Positions 9,081-17,629 of a stretch of 51,592 nt of DNA are shown piece after piece. The notes under the pieces are model-generated. The model worked only from the letters and a program-made list of their open reading frames with translations. It made no database searches and was not told where the DNA came from. Both the position numbers and the translations under genes were made by a program. Source of the stretch: Candidatus Woesearchaeota archaeon (lineage in GTDB: Archaea; Nanobdellota; Nanobdellia; SCGC-AAA011-G17; PNOQ01). The stretch spans positions 1 through 51,592 of the forward strand of contig CAZTYO010000002.1 of the NCBI GenBank assembly GCA_964617925.1, given 5' to 3'. Position 1 is the stretch's first letter. Every line of letters starts with the position of its first letter.

Positions 9081-9266
9081 TCCTGATTCCCATTGCTTGT
9101 TTTTTGTTTAAATAATTTGCCATTTAAATATTAAAGTATTAACAATAATAGACATGTTATTTCTCTTTATTTTATTAAACATAATATTAAATTTTTCTTT
9201 AAAATTTAAATATTTATCTTTTTGACAAATTTAGAGAAAAGACTTATAAATTTGATAACTTTCTCC

Positions 9267-10205
9267 ATGATTATGTGGACAGAAACATATAGGCCAACTA
9301 CATTTGATGAGGTGAAGGGACAAGAAAAGATTATACCTAGATTGAAAGCATTTGTAAAACAAAAAAATATGCCTCACCTACTTTTTACTGGTCCAGCAGG
9401 AGTCGGAAAAACAACACTATCTTTAATAATTGCTAAAGAAGTTTTTGGAGACGATTGGACACATAGTTTTTTAGAATTAAATGCTAGTGATGAAAGGGGA
9501 ATTGATGTTATAAGAAATAAAGTAAAGGATTTTGCTAGAACAAAATCAATAAAAAACGTTCCATTCAAAATAATTTATTTAGATGAATGTGACTCCTTAA
9601 CTAGAGAAGCTCAACAAGCGTTAAGAAGAACAATGGAAAACTATTCTGCAACATGTAGATTTATCCTTAGTTGTAATTATTCTAGTAAAATTATTGATCC
9701 TATTCAATCAAGATGTAGTTTATTTAGATTCTCTCCATTAAAAGAAAAAAATGTTAATCTGTTAGTTGATTCAATAACTAAATCTGAAGGTTTGATTGTT
9801 GATGATGGTGCAAAAAAAGCAATTTATGAAATTAGTGAAGGAGATGCTAGAAGAGTTGCTAATGTTCTTCAAAGTTGTGCAACTGTGAATAAAAATATTA
9901 ATGAAGAATTGATATATGAAATTGTTTCTGCAGCGAGACCAAAAGAGATTGTGAATGTTTTGAGCTACAGTATTGCAGGAGAATTTGTTAAAGCTAGAGA
10001 TTTACTTCTTAATACAATGTTAAAACATGGTTTATCTGGAATTGATGTGATAAAACAGATTCAAAGAGAAATAATGAAATTTGAAACTGATGAAAAGAAA
10101 AAATTAGAAATGATTGAAAAATGTGGCGAAATAGAATTTAGACTTGTTGAAGGTTCTGACGAGTTTATTCAACTCGAAGCATTGATTGCTAATTTCTGTA
10201 GATAA
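9267..10205 (+). CDS. rfcS: replication factor C small subunit
   Basis: MIMWTETYRP (classic WxEKYRP start), Walker A GPAGVGKTT, DECD Walker B and SRC motif (IQSRCSLFRF). The track ORF begins at TTG 9222; the in-frame ATG at 9267 is preferred. Confidence 0.9.
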   Translation: MIMWTETYRPTTFDEVKGQEKIIPRLKAFVKQKNMPHLLFTGPAGVGKTTLSLIIAKEVFGDDWTHSFLELNASDERGIDVIRNKVKDFARTKSIKNVPFKIIYLDECDSLTREAQQALRRTMENYSATCRFILSCNYSSKIIDPIQSRCSLFRFSPLKEKNVNLLVDSITKSEGLIVDDGAKKAIYEISEGDARRVANVLQSCATVNKNINEELIYEIVSAARPKEIVNVLSYSIAGEFVKARDLLLNTMLKHGLSGIDVIKQIQREIMKFETDEKKKLEMIEKCGEIEFRLVEGSDEFIQLEALIANFCR

Positions 10206-10293
10206 TTTTATTAAGTTAGTTATATTCTTTATTTTATGACGTTAGAATCACCTATCAATGATGGATTTGAAGGTTTAATCAAAAAAATCGAAC

Positions 10294-10578
10294 ATGTTGA
10301 AAAAAAAGGCAAAAAACTTAGAACCTTTAATAGGCAAACACTTTCAAAAATATGTCGAAGAATATATTTCCCCCTTACTTCCAGAAGATTATAAATTTAC
10401 AAAAATTGATTGTAAATTTTCTATTGAAGATAAAGGATATGAGCTTTTTATGAAACATACAAAAACTGAAGAAATTAAGAATGAATATCTTAATAATATG
10501 GATAAAGTTATGGGCCTACTTCAAGAATATATGCTAAAATATCCTTTGGTTTCTGAATTTCATATAGATTGTAATTAA
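10294..10578 (+). CDS. hypothetical small protein between rfcS and rfcL
   Basis: 94-aa ORF with no recognisable motif. A short ORF starting at 10236 runs into it in another frame across an A8 run. Confidence 0.4.
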   Translation: MLKKKAKNLEPLIGKHFQKYVEEYISPLLPEDYKFTKIDCKFSIEDKGYELFMKHTKTEEIKNEYLNNMDKVMGLLQEYMLKYPLVSEFHIDCN

Positions 10579-10620
10579 AATCCTAATAAAACTTATAAAC
10601 TGAATTTGATTGTTTCTTTT

Positions 10621-11808
10621 ATGATATTTACAGATAAATATTCTCCAACGAAAATTAATGAAATAGTTGGAAATGGAGAATCAATATTATATTTAAAAGA
10701 TTATATCTTAAATTATAAAAAACAAAAAAAGAATTGCGCCTTAGTATATGGTCCACCGGGAAGTGGAAAAACTTGCTCTATTTATGCTATTGCCAAAGAA
10801 AATAGTTTGGAAATATTAGAAATAAATGCTAGTGATGTCCGAAATAAAAATGGAATTAATGAAATAATTGGAAGTTCTATTAATCAAGCCAGTTTGTTTA
10901 ATAAAGGAAAGGTTATTTTGTTGGACGAAATAGATGGTTTGAGTGGGACTAAAGATAGGGGAGGAATTCAAGCGATAACTGCATTGATTGCTAAATCTCA
11001 ATTTCCCATAATTTTTACTGCAAATGATCCTTGGAGTTCTAAACTTTCTTCCTTACGTAAAAAATCAGAATTAATTGAATTAAAAAAATTGAGTTATTTG
11101 GAAGTGTTTGATATTTTAAAAAAAATTGCAATAAATGAAAAAATTGAAGTTGAAGATGCTATCCTAAAAAGAATAAGTAGTTTCTCAGGAGGAGATTCGA
11201 GATCTGCAATAAATGATTTGCAAACTGTTTCTAGCGGTAAACAAAAAATTACAATTGAAGAATTGGAAATTCTCGGAGATAGGGAAAGAGAAAATGAAAT
11301 AAAAGATGCATTGAATGCTATTTTAAAAGGTAATGAAAGGTTGGCAGCCAATTCCTTGAACAATATCAATGTAAACTTTGATGAATCTATATTATGGATA
11401 GAAGAAAACATTCCTAATGTTTATAAAAATCCTAAAGATTTAGCAGGTGCCTTTTCCTTTCTTTCCCTTGCAGATTTATTTAGAGGCAGAATAAGAAGAC
11501 AACAACATTGGAGATTTCTGGTTTATCAAAATATTTTTATGAGTTCTGGAGTTGCATCTGCTAGGACTGAAAAACCAAATAGTTTTTTTGATTATAAAAG
11601 ATCTTCGAGGATATTAAAGTTATGGATTGCTAAAATGAGATATGGAAAAAAGAAGGCAATTGCTGAAAAGATTGCTGAAAAAACCCATGTGTCAAGAAAA
11701 AGAGCTATGGAATCTCTATCATATCTAAAAGTTGCTTTAAAAAATGATGATTTATTAAGAGAGAGATTGGATATTGGAGAAGGAGATCTAAAAAATATTA
11801 TTTCTTAA
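10621..11808 (+). CDS. rfcL: replication factor C large subunit
   Basis: MIFTDKYSP start, Walker A GPPGSGKTC, Walker B LLDEIDG and a basic C-terminal tail. The ATG at 10621 is preferred over the TTG at 10606. Confidence 0.9.
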   Translation: MIFTDKYSPTKINEIVGNGESILYLKDYILNYKKQKKNCALVYGPPGSGKTCSIYAIAKENSLEILEINASDVRNKNGINEIIGSSINQASLFNKGKVILLDEIDGLSGTKDRGGIQAITALIAKSQFPIIFTANDPWSSKLSSLRKKSELIELKKLSYLEVFDILKKIAINEKIEVEDAILKRISSFSGGDSRSAINDLQTVSSGKQKITIEELEILGDRERENEIKDALNAILKGNERLAANSLNNINVNFDESILWIEENIPNVYKNPKDLAGAFSFLSLADLFRGRIRRQQHWRFLVYQNIFMSSGVASARTEKPNSFFDYKRSSRILKLWIAKMRYGKKKAIAEKIAEKTHVSRKRAMESLSYLKVALKNDDLLRERLDIGEGDLKNIIS

Positions 11809-12647
11809 AAATTTATTTTTTCTAATCTGTGTATTCTTTCTTTTGTTTGTGGGTGTGTGCTCAACAGTTTCATTAACCCTCCCTTGAAAGGATTTACTAT
11901 AAACATATGGGCAGTTGCTTCATTCCCATGTTTTATTGGATGAACTTTTGCAGATTGTTCTAATTTTAATAATGCATTTGATAGAGGTTTTGAATCTTTT
12001 AATAATTTAGCTCCGGCTTCATCTGCCATATATTCCCTTGATCTTGAAATTGCCAACCTTATTATTAATGCAATTATTGGTGCAAGAATTGCAAGTGCAA
12101 TTAATTCTAACAAATTTGAATTTCTTGAATCTCCACTACCTCCAAAAAGCATTGCGAATCTTGCCATAAAAGCCAAATAAGAAATTGCTCCAGCGATTAC
12201 TGCTGCAATTGTTGAAATTAACATATCTTTATTTTTTATGTGAGACATTTCGTGCGCTAATACTCCTTCCAACTCTTTATCTGTTAATATTTCTAAAATT
12301 CCTTGAGTTACTGCAACAACTGCATGTTTTGAATTTCTTCCGGTTGCAAAAGCATTTGCATTTCTATCAGGAACCAAATATATTGAAGGTTTTGGTAATC
12401 TTGCCTTATGGGCTAACTTATTTATTATATCGTGTAATGTTGGATAATCTGTTTTTGAAGCTTTTTTTGCCCTATACATCTTTAAAACTAATTTATCGGA
12501 ATACCAATAACTGGCAAAATTAAAAACTAATGCAAACAAAAAGGCAATATTCAATCCAGATTGTCCCCCTAGTGCATATCCTATAGATAAAAATACTCCG
12601 AATAATGAGACCAAGAGCATTGTTGTCTTTAATTGATTTTTAATCAT
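11805..12647 (-). CDS. htpX: HtpX-like M48 zinc metalloprotease (membrane)
   Basis: N-terminal TM helices, an HEMSH zinc motif (LAHEMSHIKNKD), central TM helices and a downstream REYMADE segment. Confidence 0.85.
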   Translation of the reverse strand: MIKNQLKTTMLLVSLFGVFLSIGYALGGQSGLNIAFLFALVFNFASYWYSDKLVLKMYRAKKASKTDYPTLHDIINKLAHKARLPKPSIYLVPDRNANAFATGRNSKHAVVAVTQGILEILTDKELEGVLAHEMSHIKNKDMLISTIAAVIAGAISYLAFMARFAMLFGGSGDSRNSNLLELIALAILAPIIALIIRLAISRSREYMADEAGAKLLKDSKPLSNALLKLEQSAKVHPIKHGNEATAHMFIVNPFKGGLMKLLSTHPQTKERIHRLEKINF

Positions 12648-12732
12648 TGAATTAGAATTTAACTAAAAACTATATAAAATTGTCGATAAATTAAAAGAAA
12701 GCTTTAATAATTCTTAATTTTACTTTATTGTT

Positions 12733-14070
12733 ATGCCTGAAAAGATTATAATCGGTAGGACAGATAGTGATAGAAAAAAATTAGGTGAAGAAGGAACTGT
12801 TTTTCTTGGAAGACACTATGTAAAAATGGGTGAAACTGTTTCATTAAGTACTGATATTTATATGGATATGGCCAGATCCCATGTTGTTTTAGTTTGTGGA
12901 AAAAGAGGATCAGGTAAATCGTATACTCTAGGTGTTATTGCTGAGGCTATGTCCAAATTACCTACAGAAGTTTCTGAAAATTTGAGCATTTTGATAATTG
13001 ATACAATGGGCGTTTTCTGGACAATGAAAAGTCCCAATTGGAAAGAAGAAGATTTATTAGATGGATGGAAATTGAAACCTGGTGAATTTAATAATCTTGA
13101 TATTTATACTCCCATGGGTTATGTTGAACAACAAAAAAAGATAGGGATTCCCGTTGATTATTCTTTTTCAATAAAAACTTCGGAATTAAATGCTGCAGAC
13201 TGGTGTAATGCTTTTGGAGTCGATTTGATGGAACCAATTGGCGTATTAATAGAAAGAATTATTTCTACGTTTGAAGAATCTGAAAAAGAATTTGATATTG
13301 ATGAAATAATTAAAGCAATTCGTGCTGAAAAAAAAATTGATGAAAAAACGAGAAATTCTGCAGAAAATAGATTTATTGCCGCAAAGGCTTGGGGAGTGTT
13401 TAGTAAAACAGGTACAGACATAAAAGATATTGTTAAACCTGGTAGAGTTAGTATTCTCGATGTTAGTTGTTATAGTAGAACTAGTGGAAGCTGGGGAATT
13501 AAAACATTAGTTACTGGTTTGCTTTCTAGAAAATTATTAGTTGAAAGAATGGCAAAAAGAAAACTAGAAGAATTAAAATCAATAGAAGCTGGAAAAAGTT
13601 ATTTTGGATTTGAAAAAAGTATTGAAGGAGAAAAGATGCCCCTTGTTTGGTTGATGATAGATGAAGCACATGAATTTTTACCAAAAGAAGGTAAAACTGC
13701 TGCTTCAGATGCACTTGTTCAATTACTTAGGGAAGGAAGACAACCTGGAATTTCCATGATTTTGGCAACTCAACAACCTGGAGAAATACATAAAGATGTT
13801 ATTACTCAATCCGATATTGTATTGAGCCATAGGATTACTGCAAAAAAAGATATTGATGCATTGAATAATATGATGCAAACTTATCTTATGTCAGATATTC
13901 AAAAATATATAAATAGTTTACCTCGAATGAAAGGAAGTGCAATCGTATTAGATGATAATTCTGAAAGAATCTATCCTATGCAAATGAGGCCCAGAATTAC
14001 TTGGCACGGTGGAGAAGCGCCTGTTGCAGTACCAGTAAAAAGAAAGGGACTTTTAGATCTTGGATTATAA
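12733..14070 (+). CDS. HerA/FtsK-superfamily (DUF87-like) P-loop ATPase
   Basis: Walker A CGKRGSGKSYTLG and Walker B WLMIDEAHEFLP. The QQPGEI...SDIVLSHRI pattern is typical of COG0433-type ATPases. There is no TM segment and no NurA-like partner next to it. Confidence 0.65.
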   Translation: MPEKIIIGRTDSDRKKLGEEGTVFLGRHYVKMGETVSLSTDIYMDMARSHVVLVCGKRGSGKSYTLGVIAEAMSKLPTEVSENLSILIIDTMGVFWTMKSPNWKEEDLLDGWKLKPGEFNNLDIYTPMGYVEQQKKIGIPVDYSFSIKTSELNAADWCNAFGVDLMEPIGVLIERIISTFEESEKEFDIDEIIKAIRAEKKIDEKTRNSAENRFIAAKAWGVFSKTGTDIKDIVKPGRVSILDVSCYSRTSGSWGIKTLVTGLLSRKLLVERMAKRKLEELKSIEAGKSYFGFEKSIEGEKMPLVWLMIDEAHEFLPKEGKTAASDALVQLLREGRQPGISMILATQQPGEIHKDVITQSDIVLSHRITAKKDIDALNNMMQTYLMSDIQKYINSLPRMKGSAIVLDDNSERIYPMQMRPRITWHGGEAPVAVPVKRKGLLDLGL

Positions 14071-14856
14071 TTTTTTCAAATCTAAACAATATCTAAACTT
14101 GCCCGGAGCTGGGGACCCTGCTTTAACTGCTGTTACTTTAAATTTCTCTGAATATTTTTTCTTTAATTGTTTTAAATTTTCTTCTTTCTCAAAGATATAG
14201 ATATGAATTGTTCCTTTTGGTTTTAAATATGAAACTGCTAGGCCTAAAAATTCTTCAGAAGTTTTTGGAAGAGGCATTATGATCCTATCAAATTTCTTTT
14301 TAATTTTTGGGAGCACTTTTTTCACATCTCCATTGTATAATTTTATATTATTGAATTTGTTTAATTTGACATTCTCTTCTGCATATTTATGTGCAGCTGG
14401 ATTTATTTCGACACCGTAGATTTCTTTCGCATCCGAATGTTTGGCAATTGTTAATGGAAATGGAGCTATTCCTGAAAACATAACTAAAACGAATTCATCT
14501 TTTTTTACTTTATTTGCTATCCTTAATCTTTCTGTAGAAGTTCTTTGTGAGAAATATGCTTTTTCTGGATTTACTCTCAAAAGTATTCCATTTTCTTTGT
14601 GTTGTGTTTCTTTATTTTTTTCACCTGCAAGAATTTTTAATTTGAGTGTCCTATAATTTCCGGAGTAAAATTTTGATTTTTTCGTTATTATTCTTATTTT
14701 TTCATATTTTTTTAATAAATATTCTCCAACTATCTTTTCTTTCTTTTTTAATTTGTCTGGAAAATCCGAAAAGATCAATATATCTCCCACTACATCAAAT
14801 GCCCTAGGTATTATTGAAATATCCTTTTTTGTTAATTTCTTTTTTTTGAAAAACAT
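14065..14856 (-). CDS. trm5: Trm5/Taw2-type (Met-10+ like) tRNA methyltransferase
   Basis: Motifs FDVVGDILIF, SAM-binding VLVMFSGIAPF, YGVEINP and DRIIMPLP. Confidence 0.8.
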   Translation of the reverse strand: MFFKKKKLTKKDISIIPRAFDVVGDILIFSDFPDKLKKKEKIVGEYLLKKYEKIRIITKKSKFYSGNYRTLKLKILAGEKNKETQHKENGILLRVNPEKAYFSQRTSTERLRIANKVKKDEFVLVMFSGIAPFPLTIAKHSDAKEIYGVEINPAAHKYAEENVKLNKFNNIKLYNGDVKKVLPKIKKKFDRIIMPLPKTSEEFLGLAVSYLKPKGTIHIYIFEKEENLKQLKKKYSEKFKVTAVKAGSPAPGKFRYCLDLKKL

Positions 14857-14948
14857 TCTTCTTTCTTTTGAATTCTTGATTATTATTTATTTAAATCTAT
14901 TTATTTATTATAGATAAATTTAAATAATAAAGTTTGTAGATATAAGTA

Positions 14949-15329
14949 ATGGAATTTAATAAAAGAGGAGATTTTAGACCAGTTAGTTTTTTATGGTTAA
15001 CTGGAGGTATAATGTTTTTGTTATTGGGAATAATGCCCTTTTTCAACATATTACCATTTAGTTTTAATTTAACTGGGTTAATTTTGAAATATTTGATAGT
15101 CCTTGTTGGTTTATTGATATTTGTAGAATCTTTTGGAATGGGTTTTGGAGCTTCTAAATTTGGTAGGGTGATTATTGGATCTTTATTTGTTGCAGTTGGT
15201 TTATGGTTTATATTAATGCATTATAATGTTCTTGAATCTTTAATATCTGTTAACGATATTATCTTACAAATTTTATTAATAGTATATTCCATATACTTAG
15301 TAATCGGTGCATTTTTACAAGAGGGATGA
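14949..15329 (+). CDS. small integral membrane protein (about 4 TM)
   Basis: 126 aa, almost entirely hydrophobic helices. Confidence 0.6.
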   Translation: MEFNKRGDFRPVSFLWLTGGIMFLLLGIMPFFNILPFSFNLTGLILKYLIVLVGLLIFVESFGMGFGASKFGRVIIGSLFVAVGLWFILMHYNVLESLISVNDIILQILLIVYSIYLVIGAFLQEG

Positions 15330-15334
15330 TTTAA

Positions 15335-16600
15335 ATGGTAGGCATAGGAGAAACATTACAAAATTTTGTTAACGCAGATATTCATTTATATAACGCAGAA
15401 GGGCCGCTTTGGTTAATTTTACTTACTTCAATTTTATTATATGTTGTATTTTATTTGCTAACTGTTAGAGTCCCACCTTTTAGTGATGCAGAAGATGATA
15501 AAATGGCAAAGATATTTGCTATTGTTTTGGCCCTGATAGTAACTACTACTTCTCCAGCTACTGTTGGAATTATGTGGGCATATATTAACATGGGGGGATG
15601 GACTATTATGATTATGACTTTTGCCTTATTCATTTACTATGCTTATTATTATTTTAGAAAAGGACATAGTCAAGTTTCTGGTAAAATGCGTAGACTACTT
15701 GGAGATAGGAGAGATCTTGCAGATAGAACTGAAGATGTATATGAACATATGAGGCAATTCATTAGAAGGTTGAAGGGGTTGACAAAAGATGAGATTGGAG
15801 ACCTTAAAAGTATAAAAAAAGAAATTAAAAGTCTAAAAGATGATGATACTTATGATTCTGAATCAAAAAGAATTATTGCAGATATTGAACATGTCAAATC
15901 TAATATGGTTAAGAATCTTAAGTGGATTAGAAAAGTAAAAAGATGGGAAGAAAATGATCCCAGATCTAAAAGAATACTAAATATTAATAGACGTATTGGA
16001 GGAGAGTTAGAGGATGCAGTAAATGCTCTGAATGGCAGAAACAAAGGTAGAGCAATTAGAAGCATAAATCATGCAATTAATTTTATTAAAAAAGAAATGA
16101 AAGAATTGATGAAATTATTGAAATTAGATAGGAGAGAATCAAAGGAAGCTGAAAGCGAAAATAAAAGGCCAATTGGTTTCGACCACAACGATGATAGAAC
16201 TGGGGAGTCAGGAGAAGAAGAAATGGGTGAACCGGAAGAACCACCCAAGGAAGAAGAAGGTCCAACAGATGAACAAAAAGATCAACAAAAAAAAGTATTG
16301 AATGATAAAATAGACAAAATAAATCCATTATTTAGTGTTAATTTAGATAAACATCCGAAAAAAGCTAAAAATTATATTGGGGGCGCTAGAAGGTCTATAG
16401 ATACTGACTTTGTTAAATTAGTTTCAGAACTTGGATATAAAGATAATCTAGATGCATATATGAGGAGTTTTGATCAAATTTTAGACTTCTTAGAACATAC
16501 AAAAAAACCGAGTGAAGCAAGTAAGGATGATTGGGCATCAATCATGAAATCTGGAGAAGAGTATAAGAATTTTTTACTTGCAGTAAGAGATAGAATTTAG
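15335..16600 (+). CDS. membrane-anchored protein with long charged helical and acidic low-complexity cytoplasmic region
   Basis: About 3 N-terminal TM helices, then a K/E/R/D-rich predicted coiled coil and the acidic stretch GESGEEEMGEPEEPPKEEEGPTDEQ. It starts 6 nt after the previous gene. Confidence 0.55.
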   Translation: MVGIGETLQNFVNADIHLYNAEGPLWLILLTSILLYVVFYLLTVRVPPFSDAEDDKMAKIFAIVLALIVTTTSPATVGIMWAYINMGGWTIMIMTFALFIYYAYYYFRKGHSQVSGKMRRLLGDRRDLADRTEDVYEHMRQFIRRLKGLTKDEIGDLKSIKKEIKSLKDDDTYDSESKRIIADIEHVKSNMVKNLKWIRKVKRWEENDPRSKRILNINRRIGGELEDAVNALNGRNKGRAIRSINHAINFIKKEMKELMKLLKLDRRESKEAESENKRPIGFDHNDDRTGESGEEEMGEPEEPPKEEEGPTDEQKDQQKKVLNDKIDKINPLFSVNLDKHPKKAKNYIGGARRSIDTDFVKLVSELGYKDNLDAYMRSFDQILDFLEHTKKPSEASKDDWASIMKSGEEYKNFLLAVRDRI

Positions 16601-17595
16601 AACCACTTATCTAAATTTTTTTGTTTCTTTGGCTTTAATTTTTCTAATAATCTAGTTATCCTTTCTTCAGAAAAATCGTGTTTTGTTAAGATTTCTTTTA
16701 TTTTATCTTGATCTGGAGAATTCCATTCTAATTTGTAGTCTTTCTTTACCTTCATTTCTTTGAATGTTTGATAAACTTCTTTCCAATCAAAATCTGTTTC
16801 TATATTTTCAAAAACTTTCTCTATTGTTTTGTGTTCTTTGACTAATTTTAATCCGGTTTTTGGACCTATTCCTTTTACTCCGCCTAAATTATAATCCGTA
16901 CCTATCAAAATAGATAATGCAATTAGTTGTTCTTCATTTATTTCTAAGGTTTCTAGTGTTTTTTGCAAACCAATTACTTCTGGACTTATTTTAATGTAAG
17001 TTCCCCTAATCTTTCTTTTTTGTGAAACTGTTAAATTTCTTATTAGTCTTGGCGTTGAATAAAGTAATGCATCCGCATCTTGTGAAACTGTGCCCCAAAC
17101 ATCTCCTTGTTCTGCCATGAATGCTGCTTGAGCCTCGGCTTCTGAAGGTGCTTGAATTACTGGAAGACCTAATGCTTTTATGAATTCCATCGATTCTTCT
17201 TTTATCTCTTTAGTAAGTTTTATTGTTTGTTTGCTGTATTTTGACATTGATTCTATATCTTGTTCTTTCTGTGCTACTATTAATTTTTCTTCGGCAACTT
17301 TTTTCCGTTCTCTTCTTCTTTGATTCTCTGCAGATTTCATTGCAGGTGGTTTTCCATCAAAAACAAAACATAATTTTATTCTTTTTTCCATCAAATTTGG
17401 TATCCTAGAAGCTAGGCCTACTATATGTGAAGTTACATTGCCATGAGAATCCATTAATGGAGTGCCATCTTGTTGCCTTATTGATGCCAAGAATTGATAA
17501 ATTATATTTGATGCATCTACAGATAATTTTTTTCCATTCAATTGTTGAAAAGAAATTTCCGCTTTTGGAATAAGTTCTGAAATTGCTACTCCCAT
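16597..17595 (-). CDS. fen: flap endonuclease FEN1
   Basis: MGVAISELIP...LSVDASNIIYQFL, FVFDGKPP, EAEAQAAF and a C-terminal PIP-like tail (QKNLDKWF). Confidence 0.95.
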   Translation of the reverse strand: MGVAISELIPKAEISFQQLNGKKLSVDASNIIYQFLASIRQQDGTPLMDSHGNVTSHIVGLASRIPNLMEKRIKLCFVFDGKPPAMKSAENQRRRERKKVAEEKLIVAQKEQDIESMSKYSKQTIKLTKEIKEESMEFIKALGLPVIQAPSEAEAQAAFMAEQGDVWGTVSQDADALLYSTPRLIRNLTVSQKRKIRGTYIKISPEVIGLQKTLETLEINEEQLIALSILIGTDYNLGGVKGIGPKTGLKLVKEHKTIEKVFENIETDFDWKEVYQTFKEMKVKKDYKLEWNSPDQDKIKEILTKHDFSEERITRLLEKLKPKKQKNLDKWF

Positions 17596-17629
17596 GGTTG
17601 TGTGAATTTATCTTATTATATAAAAGTTA

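Noticed and set aside
14857-14948. An imperfect AT-only inverted repeat (atttaaatctat...atagataaatttaaat) in the trm5/membrane-gene divergent spacer.
   Set aside because: It is imperfect and composed purely of A/T in a roughly 25% GC genome, so it cannot be distinguished from background promoter-region sequence.
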